In this document: positions 18,907 through 24,278 of the stretch, piece after piece
How positions within the stretch are numbered: the stretch's first letter is position 1
Layout: each line of letters opens with the position of its first letter
Virus record (IMG/VR): IMGVR_UViG_3300033146_000595
Span: 1-54,814 of that record
Direction: 5' to 3' (one strand)
Length of the DNA: 54,814 bases
DNA from: a virus
Taxonomy: Duplodnaviria; Caudoviricetes
Notes under the pieces: generated by a model
Databases searched by the model: none
What the model was told of the DNA's origin: nothing
The model's input: only the letters and a program-made list of their open reading frames with translations
Position numbers and translations under genes: made by a program

Positions 18907-19173
18907 ATGAACGATAACAATTTTAAAAAGTTGGTTTATGCAGGATTTGGTTTGATTTTCTTAAACGGTATTAAAAATAGAGTACTACGCATCAGACGAA
19001 ACAACAAAAGGGTTGAGACAATTAATGAAATAGTTGAAACAATCAACGATGTTGGCGAGATGGGTATGGGAACTGTTGACTGTGTTAAGGAACTTACTAG
19101 AATTGTGGTAAACCATGATAAGAAAATTATTGATATTCAAAACAATCCAAAACTTAAGAAGAAGAAGGTCTAA
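18907..19173 (+). CDS. Small membrane-anchored protein (start moved to ATG 18907)
   Basis: gaggaggag RBS precedes MNDNNFKKL; the track's TTG start lies inside the promoter motif. Confidence 0.7.
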   Translation: MNDNNFKKLVYAGFGLIFLNGIKNRVLRIRRNNKRVETINEIVETINDVGEMGMGTVDCVKELTRIVVNHDKKIIDIQNNPKLKKKKV

Positions 19174-19190
19174 CACAGACTTTTTTCTTC
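19158..19190 (+). terminator. Cassette-closing hairpin
   Basis: gaagaagaaggtct-aacac-agacttttttcttc. Confidence 0.6.
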
Positions 19191-19199
19191 TATTGTTTG

Positions 19200-19228
19200 C
19201 GCAAAAAATACATTGCCTACTATAGGAG
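19200..19228 (+). promoter_or_regulatory. Phage-specific promoter motif, copy 9
   Basis: CGCA AAAAA TACAT TGCCTA CTATAGGAG, abutting the RBS. Confidence 0.75.
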
Positions 19229-19239
19229 GAATGATAGAT

Positions 19240-19422
19240 ATGAAGATTAAATTCATTAAGGATTTCGGAACCGGTGCTATAGGTATAAAGATAGGCGAAG
19301 AATTTGAGGTTGTTACTAAGAAAGAAGCAGACAAATGGAATGACTATGTACGGTATCAGATTAGGATAACCGGTATTCTGGGAGTTATTAATGTACCATC
19401 AGCATATGTAATAGAACTATAA
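19240..19422 (+). CDS. Small beta-rich (SH3-like) protein (start moved to ATG 19240)
   Basis: aggagg at 19224-19229; MKIKFIKDFG...GEEFEV...NVPSAYVIEL. Confidence 0.65.
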   Translation: MKIKFIKDFGTGAIGIKIGEEFEVVTKKEADKWNDYVRYQIRITGILGVINVPSAYVIEL

Positions 19423-19451
19423 TAGAGAGATCACAAAGGTCTTTCTATTTT
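19421..19451 (+). terminator. Cassette-closing hairpin
   Basis: aatagagagatc-acaaa-ggtctttctatt. Confidence 0.6.
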
Positions 19452-19545
19452 ATATTTTAAAAAATAGAAGGAGAAAGAGATGAAAAACGAAGAAAGAAAA
19501 TATTTTAGAGTATCAAGAAATGTATTAATATGGAGTTGATAATAT

Positions 19546-20184
19546 ATGTGTAAAGAATTAAAAACAATCGGTATAGCAGGTGAAGGTGCCACTGGTAAAA
19601 GTGGTATGGTTGAACAAATAGTAAAGGACGTTAATGAAACATTACGTAAACGTGGAATAATAATAGCTGTATACCCAGGAATGGGACAGGATTTAATCAG
19701 TGATATTTATGATGAGTATGTTTATATGGATGTTAGTAGTCTTGATTTTTACGACTCTGATAACCACAAAACAAATACCAAAACGTATATCGAAGATGCG
19801 ATTGATATTGTGTCTGTGGAAAAAGGAAAGTATAGTGTGTGTTTTGTCGATGCTACTGATGAAATATTAGAAGCTTTGGCGTCTTTTAATGAACCATACG
19901 TTATATTCTATCCGGTAACTCCAAAAGAATCAATATTAAAAATGTTAGCTCAGATGTATGTGGCGAATCCTAGTGCTGGTCGCGCGAAGACGATAGCGGA
20001 CGTAATATTACACCACGAAGAAAGAATCAATGAATTAAGATTATATCCTAATTCAATAGGAGCATCAACGGGTATAATCAATGAGGATTTAGTGAATGAT
20101 TTGGTTTCTATGAGTTATGAAGAACGATTGCAAGTAATACGGGCATTCTCTATGATGAAAACTAGTTCGAAGAGGGGTAAATGA
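19546..20184 (+). CDS. P-loop / nucleotide-kinase-like protein, possibly degenerate
   Basis: IGIAGEGATGKS Walker-A-like start and a second degenerate IIAVYPGMGQD loop. Confidence 0.4.
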   Translation: MCKELKTIGIAGEGATGKSGMVEQIVKDVNETLRKRGIIIAVYPGMGQDLISDIYDEYVYMDVSSLDFYDSDNHKTNTKTYIEDAIDIVSVEKGKYSVCFVDATDEILEALASFNEPYVIFYPVTPKESILKMLAQMYVANPSAGRAKTIADVILHHEERINELRLYPNSIGASTGIINEDLVNDLVSMSYEERLQVIRAFSMMKTSSKRGK

Positions 20185-20185
20185 T

Positions 20186-20413
20186 ATGGTCGTGGCCCCC
20201 GAAAAGAATTGGATAACGTTTGATTACGTAAAGGGTGATATGATCGCTCATCAACCTCATGTTTTAACCAAGGGTGATAGAGTAGAGATTGATCACTTGG
20301 ATGGTGTTTATGAGGTGTATAGAGCAGATTTTTATACCGTGACCATCATTAATGTTGATACGAATGTACACCTGATCATACATATCAGAGATGTTAAAAG
20401 GGTGTGTGTGTGA
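20186..20413 (+). CDS. Hypothetical small beta-barrel protein
   Basis: GDRVEI...G.YEV pattern; gagggg RBS. Confidence 0.6.
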   Translation: MVVAPEKNWITFDYVKGDMIAHQPHVLTKGDRVEIDHLDGVYEVYRADFYTVTIINVDTNVHLIIHIRDVKRVCV

Positions 20414-20784
20414 TGGGACGAACATTAAGAACATTATCTGACATGCGTGCTGAACGGAGATATAAGAACGCCATCATCATTGATAATTGGCATCACTTAA
20501 AAGATTGGTATTCTAAAAATGGTCCATCAGACACACACGAGATAGTGTTTGATGATCACTCTGCTCGAATACAAGTGCGTAAAGAATTAAGAGATAAGAC
20601 TGGTTATTATGGTACGTATGGTAATCATTACCATTACCTATCAACTCATACTTTTTATGGGATGGGTATTTGGATTCAATCAACAGAACAATTATACAAA
20701 GCTGGATTCAAAGGAATCATCATTCGTAACTGGGATGCAAAAGAAGAAAATCAAGAATGGCCCAAGGAAACATGGACCAGTTAA
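20413..20784 (+). CDS. Hypothetical protein
   Basis: TGATG coupling with the upstream gene. Confidence 0.6.
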   Translation: MGRTLRTLSDMRAERRYKNAIIIDNWHHLKDWYSKNGPSDTHEIVFDDHSARIQVRKELRDKTGYYGTYGNHYHYLSTHTFYGMGIWIQSTEQLYKAGFKGIIIRNWDAKEENQEWPKETWTS

Positions 20785-21122
20785 AAAAATACATCCTGAA
20801 CATTCGACATTTGACGGAGGAGACTCAGTTAGAGCTTAAGGAGTATGCCAATGAGTTACAGATCGATGACGAAACCTTGTGGTTTGATATTTGCATACAT
20901 AATTCAACAGAGGCCATACTAACCACCGATGACATACGTATGTTAATCACTAAGTATAGACCTAGAGCTATTGATACCTTATTAATATCATACGTTACCG
21001 TAAAAGCAATAATGCAAATTAGTGGGGTTAGTCAATACAATCCTTGGGGGGCGTATACCACACCCAAAAGAAAAAAGAAAAAAATATTTAATCAAGAAAC
21101 CAAACAATATGAATTTAAATAA
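20757..21122 (+). CDS. Hypothetical protein
   Basis: ORF in operon; exact start uncertain. Confidence 0.6.
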   Translation: MAQGNMDQLKKYILNIRHLTEETQLELKEYANELQIDDETLWFDICIHNSTEAILTTDDIRMLITKYRPRAIDTLLISYVTVKAIMQISGVSQYNPWGAYTTPKRKKKKIFNQETKQYEFK

Positions 21123-21143
21123 AAGGATGACTTAAAATAATTC

Positions 21144-21161
21144 ATTGTTTACCTAAACAGG
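21144..21161. promoter_or_regulatory. Palindromic operator-like site TGTTTA-CC-TAAACA
   Basis: Intergenic; exact 18-bp inverted copy at 36406-36423. Confidence 0.45.
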
Positions 21162-21206
21162 GTTTAGTAAAAACTTAAGCGTGTTTGCGCAAAAAAAGGA
21201 GAACTT

Positions 21207-21716
21207 ATGAGTAATATGAGTGAATTAGATATAGAAAGACAAGAAGCAAAGAGAGTAAGAGCGTATATAGCTAATGATATTCGAGTAGCAAGAGAAGTAT
21301 TCATTATGCAATTATGCTTAGCGTTATATGAAGAACAAGAAACTAATATAGAATTCGGAGTAACTAATTTTAGAGAGGTTATTAACGAATTCATTAAAGG
21401 TGATTCAGCAGACACATTAACTTTGGATGGAAAAATATTCTCATCCTACCTGGAAGACATCGCGTATGATGTGGGTGGCCCAGATGGAGATGATACGGCA
21501 TGCGTGTTCACGATGGTTGGGGACACGCCTCAAATCTATCCGATGAAAATGTATACGGTAACGTATGATATTAATGTGGTTCCATTAATCGTTGCTAAAG
21601 TTAGACGTGCTCAAAAATGGAAACGAGTTTCAACATTCATCGAGGCGACTAGTTTCAAAGAAGCTCGAGAAGTATTTAAAGCGGAATTCAAGAAGAATAA
21701 TTCAGATAGAAATTAA
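21207..21716 (+). CDS. Hypothetical protein
   Basis: aaaggag RBS, 169 aa. Confidence 0.7.
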   Translation: MSNMSELDIERQEAKRVRAYIANDIRVAREVFIMQLCLALYEEQETNIEFGVTNFREVINEFIKGDSADTLTLDGKIFSSYLEDIAYDVGGPDGDDTACVFTMVGDTPQIYPMKMYTVTYDINVVPLIVAKVRRAQKWKRVSTFIEATSFKEAREVFKAEFKKNNSDRN

Positions 21717-22005
21717 GAGAACCTGGACAGAAGCGTTCACGGACATATCACAGGCGTGGAAAGATTACAAATTAGATGATTGGAATAAAGTAGGTAAACC
21801 AATAGCGGTATTTTTCATCACGTTAACAAATGTTATGTATACATTAGTTATGCTTATGGGATTATTAATTATTACCATATTAATGAGCGTGGTGTTTCCC
21901 GCGTTAATCATAGTCGTTGGACCACCCATGTGGTTATTAGGATTGATATTTGAAAAGATAGTTAGAGTACTCAAGAAGAAGAGTGAGACGATAGCGGACG
22001 AATAA
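21592..22005 (+). CDS. Membrane protein, start unclear (possible frameshifted continuation of 21207)
   Basis: Long hydrophobic C-terminal half; no clear RBS/start; 125-nt overlap with the upstream ORF. Confidence 0.45.
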   Translation: MLKLDVLKNGNEFQHSSRRLVSKKLEKYLKRNSRRIIQIEIKRTWTEAFTDISQAWKDYKLDDWNKVGKPIAVFFITLTNVMYTLVMLMGLLIITILMSVVFPALIIVVGPPMWLLGLIFEKIVRVLKKKSETIADE

Positions 22006-22020
22006 GAAAGGAGGAATCCT

Positions 22021-22221
22021 ATGATGTATAGTTATTGCGATTTATATGGGTATGGTAAACCATCTAGTTTATATGGGTATGGTAAACCATCTAGTAAGGA
22101 GTTGTATAGAGAGTACACTGAGAGTAGAACTAGAAGAATGGAGAAACCTTTTTTATACCCAGATCCGATATACAAAGACATTAGGAGTTATAGGTGTCGG
22201 AACCCAGATACTACTGATTGA
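22021..22221 (+). CDS. Hypothetical protein with internal tandem duplication
   Basis: aaaggagg RBS; LYGYGKPSS x2. Confidence 0.55.
   Translation: MMYSYCDLYGYGKPSSLYGYGKPSSKELYREYTESRTRRMEKPFLYPDPIYKDIRSYRCRNPDTTD
22041..22094 (+). repeat. Perfect 27-bp tandem duplication
   Basis: tttatatgggtatggtaaaccatctag x2. Confidence 0.95.
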
Positions 22222-22256
22222 AATTTAAGAAGAGTAGTTCATACAGAAGACCATAT

Positions 22257-22290
22257 AAAAAGAAGCGGCTACATAGTCTCTTCTTTTTTT
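22257..22290 (+). terminator. Intrinsic terminator-like hairpin
   Basis: aaaaagaagcggcta-ca-tagtctcttcttttttt. Confidence 0.55.
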
Positions 22291-22294
22291 GTAA

Positions 22295-22323
22295 CGCATC
22301 AAATACATACCTCTTTATAGAAA
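22295..22323 (+). promoter_or_regulatory. Phage-specific promoter motif, copy 10
   Basis: CGCA TCAAA TACAT ACCTCT TTATAGAAA; 22315-22338 identical to 1662-1685. Confidence 0.75.
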
Positions 22324-22341
22324 ACTAAAGGAGGTTTTAAA

Positions 22342-22455
22342 ATGATTGAAGGATTAATATTTTGTACGTTATTTGTATTAGTATATGCAATAGTGAGACA
22401 CGAGTATTATAGAGACATAGATCGTAATAAAGCAGAGAAGGTTATAAGAGATTAG
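22342..22455 (+). CDS. Small membrane protein (37 aa, not in ORF track)
   Basis: aaggagg RBS; MIEGLIFCTLFVLVYAIVRHEYY...VIRD*. Confidence 0.7.
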   Translation: MIEGLIFCTLFVLVYAIVRHEYYRDIDRNKAEKVIRD

Positions 22456-22483
22456 GGAAATTTACATATTCCCTTTCTTTTTT
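22454..22483 (+). terminator. Cassette-closing hairpin
   Basis: agggaaat-ttac-atattccct plus T tract. Confidence 0.55.
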
Positions 22484-22512
22484 CGCACATATTACATGGT
22501 CCATAATAGAAA
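22484..22512 (+). promoter_or_regulatory. Phage-specific promoter motif, copy 11
   Basis: CGCA CATAT TACAT GGTCCA TAATAGAAA. Confidence 0.75.
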
Positions 22513-22531
22513 GAAAAAGGAGGAATAAATT

Positions 22532-22828
22532 ATGAAAGAGGAATTTTTAAAAGTTATACCAGCCATACCAAATGGCAAGGGAACGATTATGATGTATCTA
22601 CACAGTAATGGTAAAACACATCCGACCGGATTAGAATTCGCAACTTTAGAGTTAGCCGATAAATATTCAGACATCATTGGAGATGTTGTGGATGATTGGG
22701 TTAGAACTGAGGTTCTTATCAATAGGGGACGAGGTATGTTACTAGGTGTTGGTATTGGAGTGATTGGTATTGGAGTAGTATTATTGGTTAAAAAACTTAA
22801 AAAGAATAAACTTGAACAGGATATTTAA
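22532..22828 (+). CDS. Tail-anchored membrane protein
   Basis: aaggagg RBS; Gly-rich C-terminal TM helix. Confidence 0.7.
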   Translation: MKEEFLKVIPAIPNGKGTIMMYLHSNGKTHPTGLEFATLELADKYSDIIGDVVDDWVRTEVLINRGRGMLLGVGIGVIGIGVVLLVKKLKKNKLEQDI

Positions 22829-22847
22829 CATATCCTTTTCTTTTTTT
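22818..22847 (+). terminator. Cassette-closing hairpin
   Basis: aggatat-ttaac-atatcct plus long T tract. Confidence 0.6.
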
Positions 22848-22879
22848 ATTTACGCAAACACTGGTAAAAAAGACGAATC

Positions 22880-23200
22880 ATACACCGTGGAGTTTACCTA
22901 ATAAAGCCCTGTCACTTTTGTGTCAATTATCAATATATAAATGACATATTCATTGATATTCGCACAATATAATAATATAACAGTAAAAAACATCTTTTTG
23001 TGTCACTTTTGTGTCACTTTTGTGTCACTTTTCGGGAAGGAATTGACATGGAGTTTGGGTAATAATACGGGGTGTTTAGGTAATTCTCACGGTGTGTGTA
23101 TGGGTTTGTGTCACTTATGTCACTTTTATTTATATATTAATTTAAAATAAAATATTAATATAAGATTAACTTAGAAAAGTTTTTGACATTTGACACAAAT
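22880..23200. repeat. Iteron-like repeat cluster, putative replication origin
   Basis: ttttgtgtcac x3 tandem (22996-23028), further TGTCAC/TGACA copies in both orientations, AT-rich tract 23124-23180, imperfect inverted repeat 22882-22900/23077-23095. Confidence 0.6.
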
Positions 23201-23208
23201 GATAGTGT

Positions 23209-23237
23209 CGCACTAAATACATAGTCTTTTATAGAGA
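23209..23237 (+). promoter_or_regulatory. Phage-specific promoter motif, copy 12 (heads the nuclease-RNAP operon)
   Basis: CGCA CTAAA TACAT AGTCTT TTATAGAGA. Confidence 0.7.
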
Positions 23238-23311
23238 GAAGAGAGTATATTGCCGAAAAAGTGGTATACATTTATTTTTACATTTTACTCAGTTAGAGAA
23301 GGCGGAGATGT

Positions 23312-23647
23312 ATGATGAGAGAGACAGGTAAAAATGGGTATCAATCAGTAGTCAAGAATAAGTTGAAGAAACAATTTCCCGACTGCGAAGTACACAAGTT
23401 AGACCCAAATGATATTCAGGGTAGTCCAGACTTACTAATGCTATGTCCAATAACATGGGCCACATTAGAAGTTAAGGGTAGTAGTAAATCAAAAAGACAA
23501 CCCAACCAAGAGTACTACGTGAAGAAGCACGATAGTATGAGTTTTTCAAATATTATATTTCCCGAAAATGAAAAAGAAGTTTTTGACAGATTACATATAC
23601 ACGTTAAACACTTTAATAAAGGAGAAGGAGAACATAATGATATTTAA
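23312..23647 (+). CDS. VRR-NUC domain nuclease (Holliday-junction-resolvase-like)
   Basis: QGSPDL...LEVK...QPNQEYY PD-(D/E)xK pattern. Confidence 0.8.
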   Translation: MMRETGKNGYQSVVKNKLKKQFPDCEVHKLDPNDIQGSPDLLMLCPITWATLEVKGSSKSKRQPNQEYYVKKHDSMSFSNIIFPENEKEVFDRLHIHVKHFNKGEGEHNDI

Positions 23648-24278
23648 TGAACATAAGAAATTAGAAGGACAACACGCTTTCTTAGGCGCGAGTACATACC
23701 ATTGGTTAAGATGGGATGAGGATACGCTTGAGAAAAGATACTATGGTAGATATTCAAAAACTATAGGAACGGCACTTCACGAGTTAGCGGCAGATTTAAT
23801 AAGTAACAAAATTAAATTGGCAAAGAGTGATAAGAAAATAATTATCATAACACTCACTAAACTAATGATACCAAGAGGTGCGTATGATCCAGAAGAAATA
23901 TTAAACAATCTAATGTCATTCGTTAATGATGCTATTGGATTTAGAATGGCTGCCGAGGTAATATTATTTTACTCACACAGTTGTTTTGGCACAACAGATA
24001 CTATAGTATTCGATGAATTCAATAAGATTCTAAGGATACACGATTATAAATCAGGAATCACACCATCCAAAATGGACCAGTTAATGATTTATGCTGCCCT
24101 ATTTTGTTTGGAGTATAAAAAGAATCCATTCGATTTTGAAACGGAATTACGAATATACCAAAACGGGGAAGTAATGATATTTACCCCAGAACCAACAGAG
24201 ATCGAAGGTGTAATGAATTTAATAGTTTTTAAAAATAAATCAATTTTAAAATTTTTAGAAAGGGAGTATAGAAGATGA
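23637..24278 (+). CDS. PD-(D/E)xK exonuclease (RecB/Cas4-like) (start moved to ATG 23637)
   Basis: GTALHE...E...FGTTD...IHDYKSG...QLMIYA. Confidence 0.75.
   Translation: MIFNEHKKLEGQHAFLGASTYHWLRWDEDTLEKRYYGRYSKTIGTALHELAADLISNKIKLAKSDKKIIIITLTKLMIPRGAYDPEEILNNLMSFVNDAIGFRMAAEVILFYSHSCFGTTDTIVFDEFNKILRIHDYKSGITPSKMDQLMIYAALFCLEYKKNPFDFETELRIYQNGEVMIFTPEPTEIEGVMNLIVFKNKSILKFLEREYRR

Noticed and set aside
18877-19239. Shared MPTI N-termini of track ORFs 18877 and 19213
   Set aside because: This is an artefact of TTG codons inside the promoter motif; the real starts are 18907 and 19240.
22941-23150. 69-aa ORF in the origin region
   Set aside because: It translates the iteron repeats, has no RBS and is probably spurious.
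1291-23237. The repeated motif as a CRISPR array, dif site or integron attC
   Set aside because: Copies are dispersed with gene-sized gaps and variable internal bases, are not palindromic, and no cas, Xer or integrase gene is present. The CGCATAA likeness to dif is only partial.
23637-24278. Cas4-like nuclease as evidence of CRISPR-Cas
   Set aside because: Stand-alone PD-(D/E)xK nucleases are common in phage replication modules; no array or other cas genes are present.
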